The notes under the pieces: generated by a model
What the model saw: the letters and a program-made list of their open reading frames with translations, nothing else
Databases searched by the model: none
What the model was told of the DNA's origin: nothing
Origin: Phycisphaeraceae bacterium
Lineage (GTDB): Bacteria; Planctomycetota; Phycisphaerae; Phycisphaerales; Phycisphaeraceae
Length of the DNA stretch: 28,743 nt
Reading direction: 5' to 3'
NCBI GenBank assembly: GCA_003552605.1
Contig: PUNN01000518.1
Coordinates: 1-28,743, forward strand
Position numbers and translations under genes: made by a program
In this document: positions 8,592 through 16,308 of the stretch, one piece after another
How the letters are laid out: every line of letters starts with the position of its first letter
How positions within the stretch are numbered: position 1 is the first letter of the stretch

Positions 8592-9467
8592 TCACCCATC
8601 CGCTCCCGCCCGTCGCTGCCGCTCGATCCGGCGCAGAAGCCAGGCGCCGAGGCGCGGGAAGGCGGTACAGGCGGCCAGCACGTAGCGTGTCAGGGGGCTC
8701 GGCCAGACCTCGGGGCGCGGGCGACGGAGGCAACGCACGATCGCGCGGGCGACTTTTTCCGGGGTGTGCGGCTTGTTGCCCGCCTCGCTCGCCGCCACTG
8801 CATCCGGATCGCTGGTGCGCTCGCGGGCAAGGTCGAAAAATTCGGTCCTCGTCCCAATGGGGTGGATCGTGCTTACATCGATGCCGGCCGCCCCGGCTTC
8901 AGCTCGCAGCGCCGCGGCGATGGCATCCTGCGCCGCCTTGGTAGCGCTGTAAATGCCGTGGCGGGGCAGCGCGATCTCGCTGAGAGCGCTGATGGTGATC
9001 AACAGGTGGCCACCACCCTGGGCCCGGAACCGCGACATCGCGGCACGGATGCATCGCAACGTACCGAAGACATTGGTCTCGAACATCGCCCGTGCAAGGG
9101 ATTCTTCAACCGTCTCGATGCTTGCGTAGACACCCCAGCCGCCATTGGCCAGAACGGCATCAAGCCGCTCGAACTCATCATCAGCGCGGCGGAACAGGGC
9201 GGCCACATCCGCCTCGCGGTCGATGTCGCAGGCGGTGGTCAGAATGCGGGGCGGGCGGACGGTGGACGAATCCGTCTGCGAGGCAGGGGAGCGCCGCGCT
9301 GTCACAGCGGCCTCGCAGGCCGCGGCGACCCGGGCGAGTCGGTCTTCCCGCCGCGCAGCAAGCAACAAGTCCATCCCCGACGCGGCACATGCGATAGCCG
9401 TGGCGGCCCCGATACCGCTGCTGGCACCGGTAATCAGAATGCTGCGGCCGGTGAGCTGACGGGGCAA
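8592..9467 (-). CDS. Short-chain dehydrogenase/reductase (SDR), probably NADP-dependent
   Basis: TGASSGIG, ARR after strand beta-2, YSATK. A TTG start at 9467 is inferred from GAGGAG 7 nt upstream. Confidence 0.88.
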   Translation of the reverse strand: MPRQLTGRSILITGASSGIGAATAIACAASGMDLLLAARREDRLARVAAACEAAVTARRSPASQTDSSTVRPPRILTTACDIDREADVAALFRRADDEFERLDAVLANGGWGVYASIETVEESLARAMFETNVFGTLRCIRAAMSRFRAQGGGHLLITISALSEIALPRHGIYSATKAAQDAIAAALRAEAGAAGIDVSTIHPIGTRTEFFDLARERTSDPDAVAASEAGNKPHTPEKVARAIVRCLRRPRPEVWPSPLTRYVLAACTAFPRLGAWLLRRIERQRRAGADG

Positions 9468-9496
9468 GAAGAGTCTCCTCAGTGCATGGTGGGAAC

Positions 9497-9733
9497 GGGC
9501 CACGCAGCCGTGGCGCCCATCGCCGGGTGCATGACACACATTCCGGTAGGCTTTCGCTCCCTCTCCCCTCGGGAGGGTGCAGGGGTGAGGGGCAAGACGC
9601 AGGGGCCGTCCGAGCCAATCTTCACCCCGGCACTCACCCCCGGTCCCTCTGCCGAGGGAGATGGGAGTGAAGGCCCGACCGGCCAGCCGCGATACGTGTC
9701 ATGCATCGTGGCCCCCGGGGCCCCGTGGCACCC
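9497..9733. repeat. Nested imperfect palindrome / REP-like cluster between divergent SDR and pyrE
   Basis: Left arm 9528-9589 and right arm 9633-9705 are imperfect inverted copies. The inner parts are CCCTCTCCC...GGGAG-type units and the outer parts are TGCATGACAC. An additional 8-bp pair occurs at 9497-9504/9707-9714. Confidence 0.75.
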
Positions 9734-9774
9734 AAGCTGGCGGCTGGACGCCTGCCGATCGCCCGCGAGCCCGG

Positions 9775-9780
9775 TATACT
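9775..9780 (+). promoter_or_regulatory. Candidate -10 TATACT, 9 nt before the pyrE ATG (leaderless-type)
   Basis: GGTATACTgcccggtctATG; no Shine-Dalgarno sequence. Confidence 0.5.
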
Positions 9781-9789
9781 GCCCGGTCT

Positions 9790-10323
9790 ATGGATGATGC
9801 ACAACTCATCAACCGGATCAGGGAGGCGGCCCTGCTGCACGGCAGCTTTACCCTTCGCAGCGGCCGGACAAGCCATTATTACCTTGACAAATACCTTTTT
9901 GAGACCGACCCGGTCATTCTTGCCGAGCTCGGCCGGCGCTTCGCGGCGAGTATCGGTAGCCTCCCCGCTAGCGTTGACCGGCTGGCCGGGGCCGAACTCG
10001 GCGGAATCCCGCTCGTGACCGCCACCAGCCTTGCCACCGGCCTGCCGACCCTGCTCGTGCGCAATCAGAAGAAGGACTACGGCACCGCGCAGCAGGTCGA
10101 GGGGAAATTTCAGCCGGGTGAGGGTGTGGTCATTGTGGAAGATGTGGTCACCACCGGCGGCCAGACACTCGAGGCCGCGCGACAACTCGAAAGCCTCGAT
10201 CTGCGGGTGCTGCGAATCCTCATCGTGATCGATCGCGAAGAAGGCGCCCGGGAAAACATCGAGGGGGCAGGCTTCCAGATGGAAGCACTGTTGACAAAGC
10301 ATGACCTGGGCATCGAGGAATAG
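9790..10323 (+). CDS. pyrE: Orotate phosphoribosyltransferase
   Basis: GSFTLRSGRTSHYYLDK, VRNQKKDYG, PRPP motif VVIVEDVVTTGGQ. Start placed at MDDAQ (9790); the upstream extension runs through the repeat cluster. Confidence 0.95.
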   Translation: MDDAQLINRIREAALLHGSFTLRSGRTSHYYLDKYLFETDPVILAELGRRFAASIGSLPASVDRLAGAELGGIPLVTATSLATGLPTLLVRNQKKDYGTAQQVEGKFQPGEGVVIVEDVVTTGGQTLEAARQLESLDLRVLRILIVIDREEGARENIEGAGFQMEALLTKHDLGIEE

Positions 10324-10479
10324 GGCGAGCGGCCATGCCCCCGCGGTTCACCTGGGGGCAAAGCGTGCTCTGCAATGGCCTCAAGGGAGCTTTGCCCCCG
10401 GCTTGCCGGCGCCAGTTCACCGGATGGACGAAGCTGCCTGCACACCTGTACATGGCCTTCTTGCCCCCCGCCCGGGTGC

Positions 10480-11196
10480 TCAAGGGCTTTCAACGCGTAT
10501 GGTCTCGCCACTGTCAAAGCCGCGCCTGCCCGTGAGGCAGTCGCGGATGACAGCGGCGACCTCTGCCGGATCAAGCGTTTTCTCCGGGGGTAGTACCTTT
10601 TCGCTGAAGTTCTGTCTCAGCATGGGCGTCTCGACCGCGCCCGGGGCAACGCCGAAGGCCTTGACGCCGACCTTGCGGCCCTCGCGCGCGAGAGTGTGGG
10701 TCAGCATGTTCAAGCCCGCCTTCGCCGCGGCGTAGACGTTGAAACCGGGGAACGGGTCGAACGCGGCCATGGATGAAACGTGGACAATGGTGCCCGCGTG
10801 CTGCTTCTCGAATGTCGGCCACGCAGCGCTGGCAAGCTGGGCGGGGGCGCTGAGGTTGACCAGGATCGTCCGGTCGATCGTCTCGGCACTGAACGTGCCG
10901 ATCGGCCCGAGTGGTGCATCCCCGGCCACGCTGATCAGGGCATCAACGCGACTGAACTGCGTCACGGTTTCATCTACGACTTTACGGGTCGCTGCGCTGT
11001 CGGCGAGATCGGCGGTGTGCAGCTTGACGATGGCATCCGGCACCTGCGCGGTGATCGCCGCCGCGGTCTCTTGCAGCTTCGCCTTCGTGCGGGCCACGAG
11101 CATGAGCTGGTAACCGGCTTCGGCGAGCAGGATGGCGGTATCGCGGCCGACGCCGCTGCCGGCACCGGTGACGATGGCAACTGGGTTTTCTGGCAT
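10480..11196 (-). CDS. Short-chain dehydrogenase/reductase (SDR)
   Basis: TGAGSGVG, HVSSMA, YAAAK, VAPGAVET; AGGAAGGA upstream. Confidence 0.92.
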   Translation of the reverse strand: MPENPVAIVTGAGSGVGRDTAILLAEAGYQLMLVARTKAKLQETAAAITAQVPDAIVKLHTADLADSAATRKVVDETVTQFSRVDALISVAGDAPLGPIGTFSAETIDRTILVNLSAPAQLASAAWPTFEKQHAGTIVHVSSMAAFDPFPGFNVYAAAKAGLNMLTHTLAREGRKVGVKAFGVAPGAVETPMLRQNFSEKVLPPEKTLDPAEVAAVIRDCLTGRRGFDSGETIRVESP

Positions 11197-11477
11197 GGGG
11201 CGGTCCTTCCTGGTCTGGGGCGTCCTGTTTCTGCAATGGCCACGGGGGCACCTGGCGGTGCGGGGGCACTGCGAGCGTGCAAGCGCATGGGCGGGACACT
11301 TGCGGATCGATGGATTGTTGCAAGCAGTTCGCCGCGGTCAAATGCATCCCTGGCATCTGGTGCGGTGGATGGGCATGGCGGTGGGGGCCTGGCCCATCAT
11401 GCCCCGTTTCGCCGTCCAGCCTGACCCCGCCTGACCCGGCCGGCGCCCGGCTGCCGACCCGGCCGCCTGTCGCTGGC

Positions 11478-11483
11478 TATACT
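11478..11483 (+). promoter_or_regulatory. Candidate -10 TATACT, 8 nt before the M50 ATG (leaderless-type)
   Basis: GGCTATACTccccgggcATG; no Shine-Dalgarno sequence. Confidence 0.5.
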
Positions 11484-11491
11484 CCCCGGGC

Positions 11492-12244
11492 ATGATGCCT
11501 CAAACCGCCGGTGCCCTGCGCCTTTTCAGCCTGTTCGGTATCCACGTGTTTCTGCACTGGAGCTGGTTCTTTCTGCTGCTGTTCGTGTGGAGCACGTACA
11601 CTCTGCGGTATGACACGTTTGCCTGGGGCGTGGTGGAGATCGCGGCGATCTTCGCTCTCGTCACGATGCACGAGTTCGGCCATGCCCTGGCCTGCCGGTC
11701 GGTGGGCGGCCGGGCGGACCGGATCGTGCTGTGGCCGCTGGGTGGTGTGGCGTTTGTCCAGCCGCCCAAGCGTCCGGGGGCGGTGCTGTGGAGTATCGTC
11801 GCCGGGCCGCTGGTGAATGTGATCCTGATCCCGATCACGGTGGCGATCATGTGGGTGATCGTCCCCATCGAACAGGTGCGCGAAGCGCAGAACTTCGCAA
11901 TGCTGCTGCGACAACTCAACAACGTGGAGACGCTGGTGCTGATCATCACGCTCGTCAACGTGATGATGCTGGTGTTCAACCTGCTTCCCGCCTTTCCCCT
12001 CGATGGCGGGCAGATTCTTCACGCTTTGCTGTGGTTCCGGATCGGACACGCCCATAGCCTGCTGGTGGCGGCGCAGGTGGGGCTGGGGCTTGCCATCGTC
12101 GGTGGTGCTGCGGCGCTGTTCCTGCTCGGCAGCATATGGCTGCTCATTCTGGCCGCCTTCATCGGTTTCAACTCGTTCCACGCCATCCGCACAGCGCGCT
12201 TCCTGATCTACCAGGAATACGTCGAAAACGATCCATGGCGATAA
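11492..12244 (+). CDS. M50-family site-2 intramembrane metalloprotease (no CBS/PDZ domain)
   Basis: HEFGH zinc motif, LWPLGGVA, AGPLVN, FNLLPAFPLDGG; hydrophobic throughout. Confidence 0.93.
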   Translation: MMPQTAGALRLFSLFGIHVFLHWSWFFLLLFVWSTYTLRYDTFAWGVVEIAAIFALVTMHEFGHALACRSVGGRADRIVLWPLGGVAFVQPPKRPGAVLWSIVAGPLVNVILIPITVAIMWVIVPIEQVREAQNFAMLLRQLNNVETLVLIITLVNVMMLVFNLLPAFPLDGGQILHALLWFRIGHAHSLLVAAQVGLGLAIVGGAAALFLLGSIWLLILAAFIGFNSFHAIRTARFLIYQEYVENDPWR

Positions 12245-12300
12245 GCTGCGATACCCGGCGGGGGGGAATGGGCGCCGGCCTGGGGTCATGTGCCGCCGCC

Positions 12301-14217
12301 TCACTGCCCGTCGCGCTGGTCCTCGTGCACCACGCGTTCTGCCTGCGCATCCCATGTGAGCACTGCACGGCCGATTTGAAGCCGACTCTCCATACCCTCG
12401 CCGGTGATGCGGGCGCTGACCGGCCGGCCGGTGCCGACAGTCATCGCGACCCAGACCTTTGCATCCTCGCCGCGAGTGTGAATCTGAAGCGCATCGTCAT
12501 CGTGCTCTTCGATCGTGGCATCAGCAGGGTGGAGCACCCAGCCCTTGACGTAGCTGTTGTTACGACCGCGCAGGATGAACGCCGGCCGGCCTGACTCCTC
12601 CCCGATCGCCACATCCTCGATGCCATCACGCCCCTGCCCATCAGCCAGCACACCGTTCCAGGTGTAGCGGTTCTCACCGTCTGCCTCGATCACATCGAGG
12701 GTGCTCAGCAGGGCATCGGTGCCGGTTGAGCCTGAGAAATCCACCAGGTAGTGCCGCCTGATATCCGAGACCGGATCGGGCCGGTAGACCTCCCCGCCCC
12801 CGACGATGACGTAACCCCCGTCATCGTGTGATTCACGGTCGATGGAACGTCCGGTGCGATGCTGCGGATTGCCGTTTTCACTGCGCTCGCCGTTGATCAG
12901 CGGGGCGCTGTAATGGTGCGCATCGCGGCGTGTGGCAGGACCGGCGAAGAAGGTCGTGTCGTGAGCGTGCAGCGCGATTTGAAGCGCCTCGGGCTGATCC
13001 CAGGCGCGACGATGGGAGTTCCCATCAGCCATGATCGAGGTGATCACTTCATCCCCGAGCCCCCACTTGTTGCGGAAGAAGTAATAGCCGCGCCGGTCGT
13101 AGGCGAACCGCCCATACTGCTCCACCGGATCGCGCGGCTCCACATCGAACGGATAGAACAGCAGGGCCCACGGTGTGCCGCCCCGGGTGCTGTCGTAGCG
13201 ATGCTCGACCGATCGCTGGTTGTCAGGCCCGGCGTGGCGATTGTAGAAGTAGAGGTAGTAGGGCATCTCCTCCCCGGGGACAAGGCCGAGCAGGGCGCTG
13301 GTCCAGCCTTCATCCATGAACTGGATGTTGGAAACACCGTTGGGCAGGAACTTCTGCCACCCGGCGGTGGCCGTGTCGCCGGTCCCGCCGGTGAACATGG
13401 GGAAGACCCAGACCGATCGTTCACGCAACTTGTCGGCAAGTGTGCTGTCGTCGGCCACATCCTCGAGTGCGAGGGCGGCGGGTACGAGGAAAGAGGCCCC
13501 GAACATGTTGTAGCCCACGCCCTCCTGGGTGTATCCGATCGAGCCGAGGGCCGAGCGGATGTGGCGCGACAGTTCGCGGACCAGAAATTCCAGCCGATCC
13601 GCCCGCTGCTCGTGCTTGCCCGAAGCCAGCAGCATGATCAGTTCACCGCCGCGGCTGACCGACACCCAGTTGGACCCGCGATCACCGCCGAAGTTGTGAT
13701 GGCTCACGCTCGGCCAGTGGTCGAGGCCCTCCTCGATGCGCTGCTCGATCCAGCGCCGATCAGCATCGCTCATCCCCTCGCGGCACCAGGCATAAACCAG
13801 GCCGAAGGCCACACTGTGGAAGGCATTGTTGAGACCCCGATCGTGGGTGGCGTTCTCCACGCCTTCGCGAAGCTCGCGCATGGCGGTTTGCACATAATCA
13901 CGGTCTCCCGTGACCAGGTACATCATCGCCGCTTCCCGGGCGAGCCAACTGCTCTGATACGCGCGGCGGCCGGGCCGGAAGCCGGCACGGTAGCCATCGT
14001 CCCAGCCCTGCTCGATGCGTGTTCGCATCCCCTCCACCATTTCCGCCGCGGGCGAACCGGGCCGCTCGACCTGCTCGCGGATTTGCTCAAGCCGCTGCTC
14101 ATTGACGAGGAAGCGGTCGCCGTCGCCAGCCACCGCAGGCGTGGCCGCCACAGCGGCAATGCCCACCAGGATCACGAGCGCGGCCGTCAGGTTACGAATG
14201 GTAGTGTTATTCATCAT
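12301..14217 (-). CDS. Secreted protein with heparinase II/III-like (PL15/17/21-type) architecture; activity unknown
   Basis: Signal peptide (MNNTTIRNLTAALVILVGIAAVAATPAVA). The helical N-terminal half has SNW and EGVGY and the beta-rich C-terminal half has FFRNKW. Start is ATG 14217 or 14214, after GAAAGG. Confidence 0.65.
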   Translation of the reverse strand: MMNNTTIRNLTAALVILVGIAAVAATPAVAGDGDRFLVNEQRLEQIREQVERPGSPAAEMVEGMRTRIEQGWDDGYRAGFRPGRRAYQSSWLAREAAMMYLVTGDRDYVQTAMRELREGVENATHDRGLNNAFHSVAFGLVYAWCREGMSDADRRWIEQRIEEGLDHWPSVSHHNFGGDRGSNWVSVSRGGELIMLLASGKHEQRADRLEFLVRELSRHIRSALGSIGYTQEGVGYNMFGASFLVPAALALEDVADDSTLADKLRERSVWVFPMFTGGTGDTATAGWQKFLPNGVSNIQFMDEGWTSALLGLVPGEEMPYYLYFYNRHAGPDNQRSVEHRYDSTRGGTPWALLFYPFDVEPRDPVEQYGRFAYDRRGYYFFRNKWGLGDEVITSIMADGNSHRRAWDQPEALQIALHAHDTTFFAGPATRRDAHHYSAPLINGERSENGNPQHRTGRSIDRESHDDGGYVIVGGGEVYRPDPVSDIRRHYLVDFSGSTGTDALLSTLDVIEADGENRYTWNGVLADGQGRDGIEDVAIGEESGRPAFILRGRNNSYVKGWVLHPADATIEEHDDDALQIHTRGEDAKVWVAMTVGTGRPVSARITGEGMESRLQIGRAVLTWDAQAERVVHEDQRDGQ

Positions 14218-14298
14218 GGAACCTTTCAGGGTAGTACATCTTGCCAAGTCGCCCCATGGTGCATCGACAGGGGCTCGAGCAAAGCAGTTGCACGCGAC

Positions 14299-14304
14299 AG
14301 TGTA
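14299..14304 (-). promoter_or_regulatory. Candidate -10 TACACT for the lyase-like gene
   Basis: Reverse complement of AGTGTA, about 80 nt upstream of the start; same TAnACT type as other promoters in this window. No convincing -35. Confidence 0.35.
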
Positions 14305-14347
14305 CGCGATAACCCCCTGTCACCTCCAATCCACTGCGGAACTTCCA

Positions 14348-14599
14348 TCCGGTAGAGCGTGCATAACACATGTGGCGGGGTACCTTTGTAGCCAGATAAG
14401 GGGTGGGTGGCATGGTCAGCGGCTTCCGGGGGGTCCGCAGCCGATGGCCATGCGGCCTGCCGGGGTCAGGACGCGCCCTGCGCCTCAGGGACTCGCATGG
14501 CCATCGGGCTGAAGACAGCCCGCTGACCATGCCACCCCATTGGGCCGCGCATTGGGGGCACCCGCGACACGTGTCATGCACCCTCCGGTAGAGCGCGCA
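14348..14599. repeat. MITE/BIME-like cassette: direct repeat, outer inverted arm, inverted REP pair, outer arm, direct repeat
   Basis: Direct repeat TCCGGTAGAGCG(T/C)GCA at 14348-14363 and 14584-14599 (15 of 16). Inverted arms at 14360-14380 and 14561-14580 (17 of 20). REP-like units at 14405-14454 (+) and 14494-14537 (-). Confidence 0.75.
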
Positions 14600-14756
14600 G
14601 AAGGCAATTTTCATACGGCTTATAGCATGGAAATTTCGTTGTATTACCCTGCCCCAGCGGCCAGCCGCAGCGGCAAACCCAAACCAGATGTTTGCGCGAA
14701 CATGCGTTCGTTTTTGAGCCCCTCCATGCCGAAAGGGCATTCATCTGCGCCTTCGA

Positions 14757-16034
14757 TCAGTCGTCAAGCTCTTTGACCAGTGAAATCATCGCATCGGCCA
14801 GTTTCTCCCCATCCCCGGGCTCAAGGCCGTAATTCCGGGCGATCTCGACCTCGTAGCCGCCTTCGCGGAAGGCCTTCTGCGTCGGCCAGTAGCCGCTGCG
14901 GCCGTTGGTCTCTGTGGCGATCAGCAGCGGTGGGGCAAGGGCTTGGCGCACCCTGGCGCCGAGGTCGGAGAAAAGCTCGACCGGCGCTGCGATGATCCGG
15001 AGTTGACCGAGGCGCCACGCGACCAGATCAAGCTCAACCCGGCCGAATGTTACGGTCCGTGCGGCGGTGTGCAGCTCGAGGGCGCCACTTTCACCCACCG
15101 GCCGCGCCGCGTGGGTCAGCGAGGCGACCAATCCCGCCGCGGCGGTGGCCACCGGCTCGATGTTCACAGGGTCTTCCTGTGTGGCGATCCACGGATGGAT
15201 ATCACCGCACGGGCCGAGGGCGAACATGGCGCGGCTGCCGGGGCAGAGCCGCTCGATGATATCGCACGCCGCGCCCGGCCAGTCCGCGCTGAGGATGTTA
15301 CTCGTCTTGCCGAGGATGACCGGGTGAGCGCCTGCGTTGAAAAGCACGATGCTCCGCGGGCCATTGACCTGTCGCAGCACCACCGCTGTGCAGGTCGGGT
15401 CTGGTGAGGCGACAAGCGGCAGGTCATCCTGTTCCTGGGGATTCCAGCAGAATGTCACCCCGCCCTGGCCATCGGGCACACGTCGAACGTAGCCGATGCC
15501 GAGGCTGCCCTGTTGAGCGGCAAGTGTCATGGGGACGAGCTTGCCCGCCGCCATTGCCGCGCAGGTCACCACCCTCGGCAGTAGCTGCTCGAAATACGCC
15601 CGGCCCTTGACCGACCATGCATCCTCATTTTCGCGATGGACGGCATCCTCGCGGATCGCCTCATCCTCCTCGCTTGGGCCGATGGGGTACGGGCCGGAGT
15701 GGGTGTGCGTGCAGCAGATGAGCACACGCTCGAGGCTGCTGCTGATCCGTTCGGCCACGGCCTGCCGCAGCCGCCGCGCAACACCCCGCTCAAGCGTGGC
15801 GAGGTCGAGACTGACCACCATGGCCGGCCCGCCCCCGCCGGCATCGATCGCCATGCATCGCACGTATAGCGGCCCCCCATCCGGCCACGCCGCCTCACCG
15901 CCCGGCGGCCCCTCATTGCCGGTGCCAAGCTGCTCGTATCGAAAGGCGTAGCCGATCAACGGTGTATCCCGCGGCGGGCTGATCCCGAGCCGGGCAAAAC
16001 CGGCTCGCACGGTGGGCAGTGGGGGAGTGGGCAT
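14757..16034 (-). CDS. Neutral/alkaline ceramidase-superfamily metallohydrolase of unknown substrate
   Basis: AGFARLGISPP...LIGYAFR, VVSLDL, CCTHTHSGP, NAGAHP, SADWPG, GPCGDI, PVELFS, GYWPT...EGGYE. Start placed at MPTPP (16034); the upstream extension reads through a repeat. Confidence 0.8.
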   Translation of the reverse strand: MPTPPLPTVRAGFARLGISPPRDTPLIGYAFRYEQLGTGNEGPPGGEAAWPDGGPLYVRCMAIDAGGGGPAMVVSLDLATLERGVARRLRQAVAERISSSLERVLICCTHTHSGPYPIGPSEEDEAIREDAVHRENEDAWSVKGRAYFEQLLPRVVTCAAMAAGKLVPMTLAAQQGSLGIGYVRRVPDGQGGVTFCWNPQEQDDLPLVASPDPTCTAVVLRQVNGPRSIVLFNAGAHPVILGKTSNILSADWPGAACDIIERLCPGSRAMFALGPCGDIHPWIATQEDPVNIEPVATAAAGLVASLTHAARPVGESGALELHTAARTVTFGRVELDLVAWRLGQLRIIAAPVELFSDLGARVRQALAPPLLIATETNGRSGYWPTQKAFREGGYEVEIARNYGLEPGDGEKLADAMISLVKELDD

Positions 16035-16127
16035 GTCGGCATTGTGCCATGTTCGCCGCCAGTCGGCAGCGATGGCATCAGTCGCGCGACTGAGTGCGAT
16101 CCGCTCGACGCATGCAGCTACCAAACC

Positions 16128-16167
16128 GGGTGGCATGGTCAGCGGCTGTCCGCAGCCGATGGCCATG
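16128..16167 (+). repeat. REP-like unit GGGTGGCATGGTCAGCGGCT...GCAGCCGATGGCCATG
   Basis: Near-identical to the units at 14405-14454, 14494-14537 and 27226-27267. A partial inverted partner CGCATGGCCA lies at 16190-16199. Confidence 0.85.
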
Positions 16168-16308
16168 GCGGCCAATGCAAGGGGTTCGCCGCATGGCCAA
16201 ATGCCGAGGTTCCGGAGGCGGCTGCTGACGCAGCCAGCCACGCTACATGCCGCTGCGCTGATCGGCCGGGGCCGGGCTCCGCACTCCGCCTCGTTCCCGG
16301 TCGACCGC

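Noticed and set aside
10334-10398. Overlapping GCCCCC/GGGGGCAAAGC/GCTTTGCCCCC hairpins between convergent pyrE and SDR
   Set aside because: Could be a terminator or REP remnant, but there is no U-tract and no second copy in the window, so it is not called.
10371-11241. CTGCAATGGCC on both sides of the second SDR gene (10371-10381 and 11231-11241)
   Set aside because: An 11-mer duplicate is expected by chance in 29 kb and the flanks do not extend the match.
16032-16049. TGGCAC upstream of the ceramidase-like gene as a sigma54 site
   Set aside because: There is no GC dinucleotide at the required spacing from the GG.
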